The notes below the pieces were generated by a model. That model was given only the letters and a program-made list of their open reading frames with translations. It did no database searches and was not told the origin of the DNA. Positions 25,880 through 37,669 of a stretch of 64,000 nucleotides of DNA are shown here, piece after piece. The first letter of the stretch is position 1, and every line of letters begins with the position of its first letter. Made by a program: the position numbers and the translations under genes. Where the stretch lies: the NCBI GenBank assembly GCA_951406725.2, contig OX597841.1, positions 9,300,001 through 9,364,000 of the forward strand. The letters run 5' to 3'. This DNA comes from Octopus vulgaris (lineage: Eukaryota).

Positions 25880-26980
25880 TGGCCTAGTGGTTAGAGCAGC
25901 AGACTAGTGGTCGAGGGATCGCAGGTTCGAATCTCAGACTGGGCGATGTGTGTGTTTATGATCGAAAACACCTAAGCTCCACGCGGCTCCGGCAGAAAGG
26001 TAATGGCAAAACTTCTGCTGACTCTTTCGCCACAACTTTCTCTCACTCTTTCCTCCTGCATCTTGCAGCTCACCTGCGATGGACTGGCGTCCCGTCCAGG
26101 TGGGGAACCTATACGCCAAGGAAACCGGCCCTTATGAGCCAGGCGTGGCTCGAGAAGGAACAAACAATATGTATATATATGGAAGCACATGGCCTAGTAG
26201 TTAGAACAGCGGACTCGCGGTCGAGGGATCGCGGGTTCGAATCTCAGAGCGGGCGATGTGTGTGTTTATGAGCGAAAACACCTAAGCTCCACGCGGCTCC
26301 GGCAGAAGGTAATGGCAAAACTTCTGCTGACTCTTTCGCCACAACTTTCTCTCACTCTTTCCTCCTGCATCTTGCAGCTCACCTGCGATGGACCAACGTC
26401 CCGTCCAGGTGGGGAACCTATACGCCAAGAAACCGGGATTGCTAACTGAAAATATATTCCTTGTGATGTATGGAGAAGTTTTTGTTCGTTCCTTCTCGAG
26501 CCATCCCTGGCTCATAAGGGTCGGTTTCCCAGTTTCCTCGGCGTATAGGTTCCCACCTGGACGGGGACGCCAGTCCATCGCAGGTGGCTCAAGATGCAGG
26601 AAAGAGTGAGAAAGTTGTGGCGAAAGAGTCAGCGGAAGTTCGCCATTACCTTCTGCCGGACACGTGGAGCTTAGGTGTTTTCGCTCATAAATCCACACAT
26701 CGCCCGCTCTGAAGATTCGAACCCGCGATCCCTCGACCGCAGTTCCTGCTCTAACCACTAGGCCATGTGCCTCCATTTATATATATATTGTTTGTTTGTT
26801 CCTTCTCGAGCCATCCCTGGCTCATAAGGGCCGGTTTCCCAGTTTCCTCGGCGTATAGGTTCCCCACCTGGACGGGACGCCAGTCCATCGCAGGTGAGCT
26901 GCAAGATGCAGGAGGAAAGAGTGAGAGAAAGTTGTGGCGAAAGAGTCAGCAGAAGTTTGCCATTACCTTCTGCCGGAGCC
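25880..26980. mobile_element. Four copies of one tRNA-SINE family in ++-- (palindromic) arrangement
   Basis: TGGCCTAGTGGTTAGAGC..GGTTCGAATC copies at ~25880-26165 and ~26185-26440. Reverse-complement copies at ~26480-26770 and ~26790-26980. Confidence 0.8.
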
Positions 26981-27039
26981 ACTTTACTTAGTTCAAACAT
27001 ACGTATATAGACACACATCAACCAAGTCACATCAACCAT

Positions 27040-27201
27040 AGGGGTAGGAGTGGCTGTGTGGTAAGTAGCTTGCTTACCAGCCACGTGGTTCCGGGTTCAG
27101 TCCTACTGCGTGGCACCTTGGGCAAGTGTCTTCTACTATAGCCTCGGGCCGACTAATGCCTTCTGAGTGGATTTGGTAGACGGGTACTGAAAGAAGCCTG
27201 T

Positions 27202-27235
<34 letters not shown>

Positions 27236-27393
27236 CGCAGGAGTGGCTGTGTGGTAAGTAGCTTGCTTACCAGCCACGTGGTTCCGGGTTCAGTCCTACT
27301 GCGTGGCACCTTGGGCAAGTGTCTTCTACTATAGCCTCGGGCCGACTAATGCCTTGTGAGTGGATTTGGTAGACGGTACTGAAAGAAGCCTGT

Positions 27394-27431
<38 letters not shown>

Positions 27432-28680
27432 CGCAGGAGTGGCTGTGTGGTAAGTAGCTTGCTTACCAACCACATGGTTCTGGGTTCAGTCCCACTGTGG
27501 CACCTTGGGCAATTGTCTTCTACTATAGCCTCGGGCCGACCAAAGCCTTGTGAGTGGACTTAGTAGACGGAAACTGAAAGAAGCCCGTCGTATATATGTA
27601 TATAGGCGTAGGAGTGGCTGTGTCGTATGTCTCTTGCTTACCAACAAAATGGGTCGGGTTCAGTCCCACTGCGCGGCATCTCGGGCAAGTGTCTTCTACT
27701 ATAGCCCCGGGCCGACCAAAGCCTTGTGAGTGGATTTGGTAGACGGAAACTGAAAGAAGCCCGTCGTATATATATGTTTGTATATGTTTGTGTGTCTGTG
27801 TTTGTCCCCCCAACATCGCTTGACAACCTATTTCTTTATTACCCACAAGGGGCTAAACATAGAGGGGACAAACAAGGACAGACATAGGTATTAAGTCGAT
27901 TACATCGACCCCAGTCCGTAACTGGTACTTAATTTATCGACCCCGAAAGGATGAAAGGCAAAGTTGACCTCGGCGGAATATGAACTCTAAACGTAACGAC
28001 AGACGAAATACGGCTACGCATTTCGCCCGGCGTGCTAACCTTTCTGCCAGCTCGCCGCCTTATATGTATATAGGCGCAGGGGGTGGGTGTGCTTGACAAC
28101 CGATGCTGGTGTGTATACGACGCCGTAACTTAGTGGTTCAGCAAAAGACACCAATAGAATTAGTAGAAGGCTTACAAAGAATAAGTCCTGGGGTCGATTT
28201 GCTCGACTAAAGGCGGTGCTCCAGCATGGCCGCAGTCAAGCAACTGAAACAAGTAAAGATTAGTCAGGTAGGCGCAGGAGTGGCTGTGTGGTAAGTAGCT
28301 TGTTTACCAACCGCATGGTTCCGGGTTCAGTCCCACTGCGTGGCACCTTGGGCAAGTGTCTTCTACTATAGCCTCGGGCCGACCAATGCCTTGTGAGTGG
28401 ATTTGGCAGACGGAAACTGAAAGAAGCCTGTCGTATATATGTATATATATATATATGTGTGTATATGTGTTTGTGTGTCTGTGTTTGTCCCCCTAGCATT
28501 GCTTGACAACCGATGCTGGTGTGTTTACGTCCCCGTAAATTAGCGGTTCGGCAAAAGACACCGATAGAATAAGTACTGGGCTTACAAAGAATAAGTCCCG
28601 GGGTCGATTTGCTCGACTAAAAAGGCGGTGCTCCAGCATGGCCGCAGTCAAATGACTGAAACAAGTAAAGACTAAGTCAG
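27040..28680 (+). mobile_element. Cluster of + strand SINE copies (GGCGCAGGAGTGGCTGTGTGG family) with a nested - strand SINE monomer at ~27829-28061
   Basis: Repeated heads separated by TA tracts. 3' tail GGCGGTGCTCCAGCATGGCCGCAGTCAAATGACTGAAAC. Confidence 0.85.
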
Positions 28681-28794
28681 ATAACCCCAAACTCTCAGCG
28701 TCTGTTTTAAACATGAAAGATGGAAGTTTTCCTGATAAAGGTCCAATTTTGAAAATAAAGGGATATAACTGAACGTCGTAAGGAAGTTTTTTTT

Positions 28795-30742
28795 ACTTGT
28801 TTCAGTCATTTGACTGCAGCCATGCTGGAGCACCGTCTTTTAGTCGACCAAATCGACCCCGGGACTTATTCTTTGTAAGCCCAGTACTTATTCTATCGGT
28901 CGTCTACCAAATCCACTCACAAGGCTTTGGTCGGCCCGGGGCCATAGCAGAGGACACTTGCCCAAGATGCCACGCTGTGGGACTGAACCCAGAACCATCT
29001 GGTTCGTAAACAAGCTACTTACCACACAGCCACTCCTGCGCCTATATATATGTTATTTTATTTTACTTGTTTCTTTTGCCGAACCGCTAAGTGACGGGGA
29101 CATAAACACACCAGCATCGGTTGTCAAGCAATGCTAGAAGGACAGAGACACACAAACATATACACACACGCTTATATATATATACATATATACGACAGGC
29201 GTCTTTCACTTTCCGTCTACCAAATCCACTCACAAGCATTGGTCGGCCCGGGGCTATAGCAGAAGACACTTGCCCAAGATGTCACGCAGTGGGACTGAAC
29301 CTGGAACCATGTGGTTGGCTAGCAAGCTACTTACCACACAGCCACTCCTACACCTATATATATATACGACAGGCTTCTTTCAGTTTCCGTCTACCAAATC
29401 CACTCACAAGGCTTTGGTCGGCCCGAGGCTTTAGCAGAAGACACTTGCCTAAGGTGCCACGCAGTGGGACTGAAACCGGAACCATGTGGTTGGTTAGCAA
29501 GCTACTTACCACACAGCCACTCCTGCGCCTATAAAGAAGAAAATGTACAAATTTGCAAAAGATATTCATAACTAAATTATGGCTTTTAATGTTGAAATTT
29601 CTTTTTCTAGTCCAAGCAACAACCAAGAAGAATAATTTGACAAGATCCTAAGTGGACATTTTGAATTCATTTCACCATTCTGGGACGAGGTTTCGAGTTC
29701 CGCGAAGGTAAGACCCACGTATACACATATTCGTCTACTCTTTTACTCTTTTACTTGTTTCAGTCATTTGACTACGGCCATGCTGGAGCACTGCCTTTAG
29801 TCTATATATATATATAGTGGCTAATACCATAGCGGATCTATTTTTAGCGCAAAAGTCGACCATATGGTAGTCACCCTCTTATATTTGTGTATATATGTAT
29901 ATATATACTCTTTTACTCTTTTACTTGTTTCAGTCATTTGACTGCGGCCATGCTGGATCACCGCCTTTAAGCGAGCAAATCGACCCCCGGGACGTATTCT
30001 TTGTAAGCCCAGTCTCTTTTGTGACGGGCACGTAAACACACCAGCATCGGTTGTCAAGCAATGCTAGGGGGACAAACAGAGACACACACATATATATATA
30101 TACATATATACGACGGGCTTCTTTCAGTTTCCGTCTACCAAATCCACTCTCAAAGCATTGGTCGGCCCGAGGCTCTAGCAGAAGACATTTGCCCAATATG
30201 CCACGCAGTGGGACTGAACAGAGAACCATGTGGTTGGTAAGCAAGCTACTTACCACACAGCCACTCCTGTGCCTATATATATGTTATTTTATTTTACTTG
30301 TTTCAGTCATTTGACTGCAGCCATGCTGGAGCACCGTCTTTTAGTCGACCAAATCGACCCCGGGACTTATTCTTTGTAAGCCCAGTACTTATTCTATCGG
30401 TCTCTTTTGCCGAACCGCTAAGTGACGGGGACATAAACACACCAGCATCGGTGGTCAAGCAATGCTAGAAGGACAGAGACACACAAACATATACACACAC
30501 GCTTATATATATATACATATATACGACAGGCGTCTTTCACTTTCCGTCTACCAAATCCACGCACAAGCATTGGTCGGCCCGGGGCTATAGCAGAAGACAC
30601 TTGCCCAAGATGTCACGCAGTGGGACTGAACCTGGAACCATGTGGTTGGCTAGCAAGCTACTTACCACACAGCCACTCCTACACCTATATATATATACGA
30701 CAGGCTTCTTTCAGTTTCCGTCTACCAAATCCACTCACAAGG

Positions 30743-30793
<51 letters not shown>

Positions 30794-31374
30794 TCTTTTA
30801 CTCTTTTACTTGTTTCAGTCATTTGTGCAGCCATGCTGAAGCACCGCCTTTAAGCGAGCAAATCGACCCCCGGGACGTATTCTTTGTAAGCCCAGTCTCT
30901 TTTGTGACGGGCACGTAAACACACCAGCATCGGTTGTCAAGCAATGCTAGGGGGACAAACACAGACACACACACTTATATATATATACATATATACGACA
31001 GGCTTCTTTCAGTTTCCGTCTACCAAATCCACTCACAAGGCATTGGTCGGCCCGAGGCTCTAGCAGAAGACACTTGCCCAAGATGCCACGCAGTGGGACT
31101 GAACCCGGAACAATGTAGTTGGTAAGCAAGCTTCTTACCACACAGCCACTCCTGTGCCTATATATATGTTATTTTATTTTACTTGTTTCAGTCATTTGAC
31201 TGCGGCCATGCTGGAGCACCAACATTTTAATCGAGCAACTCGACCCCGGGACTTATTCTTTGTAAGCCCAGTACTGATTCTATCGGTCTCTTTTGCCGAA
31301 CCGCTAAGTGACGGGGACGTAAACACACCAGCATCGGTTGTCAAGCTATGTTGGGGGGACAAATACACACACAA

Positions 31375-31443
<69 letters not shown>

Positions 31444-31790
31444 CATATATACGACGGGTTTCTTTCAGTTTCCCTCTACGAAATCCACTCACAAGGTTTT
31501 GTTCAGCCCAAGGCTATAGTAGAAGAGATTTGCCCAAGGTGCCACGCAGTGGGACTGAACCCGGAAGCATGTGGTTGGTAAGCAATCTACTTACCACACA
31601 GCCACTCCTATGCCCATATACATATATACGACGGGCTTCTTTCAGTTTCCGTCTACCAAATCCACTCACAAGGTTTTGTTCAGCCCAAGGCTATAGGTGA
31701 ATATACTTGCCCAAGGTGCCACGCATTGGGACTGAACACGGAACTATGTGGTTAGTAAGCAAGCTACTTACCACACAGCCACTCCTACGA
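28795..31790 (-). mobile_element. Cluster of - strand copies of the same SINE family surrounding a kinase exon
   Basis: Many reverse-complement copies ending CCACACAGCCACTCCT.CGCC. Confidence 0.85.
29611..29707 (+). CDS. DCLK-family kinase exon (subdomain X region) with in-frame TAA at 29633-29635
   Basis: Acceptor TTTCTTTTTCTAG, peptide PSNNQEE*FDKILSGHFEFISPFWDEVSSSAK, donor GTAAGA. Matches the DCLK pattern Q.ELF..I..G.F.F..P(Y/F)WD.(V/I)S..AK. Confidence 0.88.
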
Positions 31791-31847
31791 CTATACTACG
31801 CCAAGGTATACTTGATAGACATTAATATCCCATGTGTAATAATTGTA

Positions 31848-32933
31848 TATTTCTTTATTGCCCACAAGGGCTAAACATAGAGGGGACAAACAAGGACAGA
31901 CAAAGGGATTAATTCGATGATATTGACTCCAGTGCGTGACTGGTACTTTATTTATCGACCACGACTTTATGAAAGGCAAAGTTGACCTCGGCGGAATTTG
32001 AACTCAGAATGTAACGACAAACGAAATACCTATTTCTTTACTACCCACAAGGGGCTAAGCACCGAGAAGACAAACAAGGACAGACAAACGGATTAAGTCG
32101 AATTTATCGACCCCAGTGCGTAACTGGTAATTTAGTTATCGACCCTGAAATGATGAAAGGTAGAGTCGACCTCGGCGGAATTTGAACTCAGGACGTAACA
32201 GCAGACGAAATACCTATTTCTTTACTACCCACAAGGGGCTAAACACCGAGAAGACAAACAAGGACAGACAAACGGATTAAGTCGATTTTATCGACCCCAG
32301 TGCGTAAGTGGTAATTTATTTATCGACCCTGAAATGATGAAAGGTAAAGTCGACCTCGGCGGAATTTGAACTCAGGACGTAACAGCAGACGAAATACCTA
32401 TTTCTTTACTACCCACAAGGGGCTAAACACCGAGAAGACAAACAAGGACAGACAAACGGATTAAGTCGATTTTATCGACCCAGTGCGTAACTGGTACTTT
32501 ATTTATCGACCCTGAAATGATGAAAGGTAAAGTCGACCTCGGCGGAATTTGAACTCAGGACGTAACAGCAGACGAAATACCTATTTCTTTACTACCCACA
32601 AGGGGCTAAACACCGAGAAGACAAACAAGGACAGACAAACGGATTAAGTCGATTTTATCGACCCCAGTGCGTAACTGGTAATTTATTTATCGACCCTGAA
32701 ACGATGAAAGGTAAAGTCGACCTCGGCGGAATTTGAACTCAGGACGTAACAGCAGACGAAATACCTATTTCTTTACTACCCACAAGGGGCTACACATAGA
32801 GGGGACATACAAGGACAGACAAACGGATTAAGTCGATTATATCGACCCCAGTGCGTAACTGGTACTTTATTTATCGACCCTGAAATGATGAAAGGTAAAG
32901 TCGACCTCGGCGGAATTTGAACTCAGAACGTAA
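31848..32933 (-). repeat. Second SINE concatemer: six ~184-bp bodies
   Basis: Units at 31848, 32031, 32215, 32399, 32582, 32766. Same GAAATACCTATTTC junction as 24702-25865 but different diagnostic bases. Confidence 0.9.
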
Positions 32934-32969
32934 TGATTTGAAATATTTTCTTTCTTTTTTTTTATACAG

Positions 32970-33050
32970 GACTTGATTGAACACATGCTTCATGTAGATC
33001 CAGAAATGAGGTTCTCCGCTGCCGAGGTTTTGGACCATCCTTGGGTTGCT
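32970..33050 (+). CDS. DCLK-family kinase exon (subdomain XI)
   Basis: T-rich acceptor ..TTATACAG, peptide DLIEHMLHVDPEMRFSAAEVLDHPWVA, donor GTGAGT. In phase with the preceding exon. Confidence 0.9.
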
Positions 33051-33094
33051 GTGAGTTTATTTAGAACCTTTTTGAGATACAGCTTTCTGTGTTA

Positions 33095-33107
33095 AGAGAG
33101 AGGGAGG

Positions 33108-33138
<31 letters not shown>

Positions 33139-33204
33139 GGAGAGAGAAAGAGAGAGAGAGAGAAGAGAGAGAGAGAGAAAAAGGGAGCGAAAGAGAGAGA
33201 GAGG

Positions 33205-33236
<32 letters not shown>

Positions 33237-33243
33237 AAGAGAA

Positions 33244-33301
<58 letters not shown>

Positions 33302-33326
33302 GGAGAGAAAGAGAGAGAGAGAGTGG

Positions 33327-33358
<32 letters not shown>

Positions 33359-33379
33359 AAGAGAGAGAAAGAGAGAGTT

Positions 33380-33412
<33 letters not shown>

Positions 33413-33437
33413 AGAGAGAGAGAGAAAAAGGGAGAGA
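33095..33437. repeat. (GA)n polypurine microsatellite
   Basis: ~340 bp of almost pure A/G. Confidence 0.95.
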
Positions 33438-35413
33438 AACGGTTAAAAACATGGATGACACAGGCGCCCTATGGCTTTAATACAAAAAGAGAGACACAAA
33501 AACAATATCAGCAAGCGTGGAAAAATAATTACCTTTTCGGTGATAAGACACATGTTGAACAAGTGGCCGATGGAAAGAGAATGGCTGAGGCAGCAAGTCG
33601 CAAGAGGGTAAGAGAGAGGAGGGGCTAAGAGAGAGAGGGGACCAAGGAGGGTAGAAGGCGAGGACAGAAGCAGTGACCGAGAGAGAGAGAGGGAGAGAAG
33701 GAATCAGAGAAGAAGCAGTGATCAAGAGAGAGAGGGAGAGAAGGAATCAGAGAGGCTGGGAGAAAAAGGCGCCAAAACAATTTGGCAACGAAGCAATGGC
33801 GAAGGAAAGAAAATAGTTTAAAGACATCGTGCAGGGGTTTTGATATGATAAACATAAAGAAGTTATTATGCACGTACGCTGCGAAATATATAATAAACCT
33901 TTACATAAATAAATAACGTGAAATACACGAAGGGACGAACAAAAAGACAAACGGGTCATTCAAAGCCTTCATCCTCAGTCAGAAACTGATCCCTCATCGC
34001 AGATTTCGGCTGTTTAATTCTGAGATCCGCTCCGAATCAGCCAGCCACAGAAGGAAAGAATGCAACGCAACAGAGACGAACATGAAACACACACACACAT
34101 ATATATACATACACACACACACATATATATACATACACACATACATATATATATATATGTATATAATAAACCTTTACATAAATAAATAATAACATATATA
34201 TATATATATATACATACACACACACATATATATACATACACACATACATATATATATATATATGTATATAATAAACCTTTAGATAAATAAATAATAACAT
34301 ATATATATATATATACACACACACACATATATATATATATGTATATAATAAACCTTTGGATAAATAAATAATAACATATATATATATATATATACATACA
34401 CACACACATATATATACATGCAAACACAAACATGTATACATACACACACACACATATATACATACACACATACATATATATATATGTATATAATAACCTT
34501 TAGATAATTAAATAATAACACATATATATATATATATACACATACACACACACATATATATACATACACACATATATATATATATGTATATAATAAACCT
34601 TTAGATAAATAAATAATAACATATATATATATATATACACAGACACACACATATATATATATATGTATATAATAAGCCTTTAGATAAATAAATAATAACA
34701 TATATATATATATATACATACACACACGCATATATACACATACACACACACATATATATACATGCACACACACACATATATATACATATACACACACACA
34801 TATATACATACACACACACACAAACACACATGTATATACTTACACACACACACACACATATATATACATACACACACAAACACACATATATATACATACA
34901 CACATATATATATATACATACACACACACATACATATATACATATACACACACATATATACATACACACACACACATATATATATATACATACACACACA
35001 CACATATATATATACATACACACATATATATATATACATACATACATACATACATATATACATACATACACATATATATATATATAATATATATATATAT
35101 ATATAAACATTTACATAAATAAATAACGTGAAATACACGAAGGGACGAACAAAAAGACAAACGGGTCATTCAAAGCCTTCATTCTTCAGTCAGAAACTAA
35201 TCCCTCATCGCAGATTTCGGCCGTTCAATTCTGAGATCCGCTCCGAATCAGCCAGCCACAGAAGGAAAGAATGCAACGCAACAGAGACGAACATGAAACG
35301 AAAAATCTTTTTTGGAGACATGATTGATTGATTGATCGATTGATTCTAGTTTCAGCTTATGAGCTGTGGCCATGCTGGGGCACCGCCATTTGGTGTTTCT
35401 ACTTGGTTTTACT

Positions 35414-37669
35414 TCACGAAAGCTTTTTAGCAACTGCCATTTGGTGCATGAGAGAGTTCGATGCAGCTGCCCTCATCTGCACCTCCTGCCGTGAAGTTGG
35501 TTCATCTGGGACACCTGACAGGAAGAGATCCAGTTTCATTTTAAAGACATCTGCATCCACCCCATGCAGGTCTCTCAGGTTCTTTGGGAGGATATTGAAG
35601 AGCTGTGGGCCTCGGAAGCCCAGGCTATCACAGAATCTTGTCCTACATCTTGATGGCGAGTTTGGAGTCCTAGGCACCACGCAGTGGCGCCCAGTTCTGG
35701 CATTTGCGTAACTCTCGATGCCAAAGTTTAGGACACGTCCCTCCAGGATCTTCCAGATGTATATTATGGCATATCTTTCCCGCCTACGCTCCAGGGAATA
35801 CAGTTTTAATCTCTTCAGTCTTTCCCAGTAGCTTACATTCTGCATAGAGGCTATCTTCTTCGTGTAGCTACGTTGGATCGCCTCGAGCTCTGTGATCAAC
35901 TTGACACTGGATGGTGACCATAACTGAAAGCAGTAGTCAAAGTGGCTTAGGACAAGTGTCCTCCAGAGGACCATCATGGTTTCTTGTTCTCTTGTTCTAA
36001 AGGTTCTGAGGATCCATCCGGCCAGTCTTCTACATTTCATTGCCAATTTAGCAACATGTACACGAAAGGTCGCGTCATCACTCATGTAAATACCTAGGTC
36101 ACGCACTGATTGTGCCTCTGGGATTGCTATTCCTCCGGGTCCGGTGTATTCATTGGGTATTGCATTTAGTTTTGCATGCTGATAGTATAGAGCTTGAAAC
36201 TTTTCAGCATTGAACTGCATGCTATTCTTTTCAGCCCACTTGTATATTTTGTCCAGCTCACATTGCAGGTGCTTAGTGTCCTCAGGGTTCTGTATTGCCT
36301 GTGAAACTTTTGTATCATCTGCATAACTTGTGATCGTGGCTCTTTGCGTGGCTGAGGGCATGTCTGAGAGGGCCATTATGAACAGTAGTGGTCCCAGAAC
36401 AGTGCCCTGCGGGACACCGCTCACTATTTGCGTGTTAATGGAAGTGGCCCCATTGGCTACTACCACCTGACTTCTATCTTTCAGAAAGTCATGGAGCCAT
36501 TCTCCCAGTTTTCCAACTATGTTGAGATCACGCAGTTTGTGACATATCATTCCATGATCGACTTTATCAAAGGCCTTTGCAAAGTCGAGATATATCACTT
36601 CCACATTTGAGTGGTTGAGCAGCCGTTTCAGCACCCAGTCATAGTGTTGTAGGAGCTGAGTTAAACAGCTTCTCCCTGGTCGGAAACCATGTTGGGTGTC
36701 GGGCATCAAGTCATTCTCTTCAAGGAAGGTGATCAGCTTCCTTCTGACTATTCGTTCCATGACCTTGCTGATGTGTGAGGTCAGAGAGATAGGTCTGTAG
36801 TTCTTGGCTTCCGCTCTGCTACCTCCTTTATGAATGGGGCATATTTTACCTTCCTTCAGTTTTCTTGGAAGTTTGCCAGCTGCAAGGAAGCTCTGAAAGA
36901 GGAACTGCAGTGGTCTTGCTAGGACTCTCTTACATGCTTTTAGGAGGATTGCCGGGAATCCATCGGGGCCAGTAGCTGAGTCTGTTTTCATTTCATCTAT
37001 AGCCTTGATTACATCGTCCTCCTTTATATCGATGTAATCTATCGTCGCCGCCTCTGATTTTATATCTGCAGTGGTAAAAAAAGTCAGTTGGATTGGTGAT
37101 TTGAGATGCCCAAGGGGTGGAGTGAAAACACTCTTGAATTGCTCATTCAGTATTTCACTTACCCTCATTGGTTTTCCTGTAAGTGTGCCATCCTTTTCGA
37201 GGAGTGGCCCTGTTCTACAGTGCACCATAGCTGTTTCTTTGGCATACCTGTAGAAAGCTCTGGGGTTAGATTTTATGTTGTCTATAGCCCAGGCTTCTTT
37301 GTCTGCTCTTTCTTTTTCATGAGAGAGTTGCAGACATTTTTCGATTTCCAACAGTTTTATTTTTAGGCGGGACTTTTCACTGCTTTCAATCTGTTTGCTT
37401 AGGCGATTTGAAAATTTTGTACGCCGTCTCATTAAAATTTTCCTCTCTCTGGGGATTTTGTTCTTGTGTACAGTGGCCTTTCTCTCTGGGACACATTTGT
37501 AGCATATGGCTTGCATTATAGACATGAATTGTTGAAGTTTCACGTCGATGTCTGGCGAGGAGAGACATTTAAGCCAGTTTTGTTTGAGGATCTCTTTCTC
37601 AATTTGTTTCCAGTTTGCCTTATGGTAGTTCAAGCTGGAAAGATTCTGAGGGTTTCTTGTAGGCTGCAT
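35414..37669 (-). CDS. LINE reverse transcriptase ORF (751 aa), copy 1
   Basis: ORF track; YADD RT domain. Separated from the endonuclease by a frameshift. Confidence 0.9.
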   Translation of the reverse strand: MQPTRNPQNLSSLNYHKANWKQIEKEILKQNWLKCLSSPDIDVKLQQFMSIMQAICYKCVPERKATVHKNKIPRERKILMRRRTKFSNRLSKQIESSEKSRLKIKLLEIEKCLQLSHEKERADKEAWAIDNIKSNPRAFYRYAKETAMVHCRTGPLLEKDGTLTGKPMRVSEILNEQFKSVFTPPLGHLKSPIQLTFFTTADIKSEAATIDYIDIKEDDVIKAIDEMKTDSATGPDGFPAILLKACKRVLARPLQFLFQSFLAAGKLPRKLKEGKICPIHKGGSRAEAKNYRPISLTSHISKVMERIVRRKLITFLEENDLMPDTQHGFRPGRSCLTQLLQHYDWVLKRLLNHSNVEVIYLDFAKAFDKVDHGMICHKLRDLNIVGKLGEWLHDFLKDRSQVVVANGATSINTQIVSGVPQGTVLGPLLFIMALSDMPSATQRATITSYADDTKVSQAIQNPEDTKHLQCELDKIYKWAEKNSMQFNAEKFQALYYQHAKLNAIPNEYTGPGGIAIPEAQSVRDLGIYMSDDATFRVHVAKLAMKCRRLAGWILRTFRTREQETMMVLWRTLVLSHFDYCFQLWSPSSVKLITELEAIQRSYTKKIASMQNVSYWERLKRLKLYSLERRRERYAIIYIWKILEGRVLNFGIESYANARTGRHCVVPRTPNSPSRCRTRFCDSLGFRGPQLFNILPKNLRDLHGVDADVFKMKLDLFLSGVPDEPTSRQEVQMRAAASNSLMHQMAVAKKLS

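Noticed and set aside
25810-25940. tRNA genes
   Set aside because: A/B-box heads continue into SINE bodies; no complete cloverleaf seen.
29633-29635. TAA rescued by A-to-I editing
   Set aside because: Single edits give UGA/UAG, which are still stops. A double edit gives Trp, whereas Leu is expected. A T>A mutation or base-call error is simpler.
33089-33628. 179-aa RE-rich ORF
   Set aside because: (GA)n microsatellite running into the array spacer.
34014-35169. Long YI/CV/HT-rich ORFs here and throughout the window
   Set aside because: These are translations of stop-free TA/CA microsatellites.
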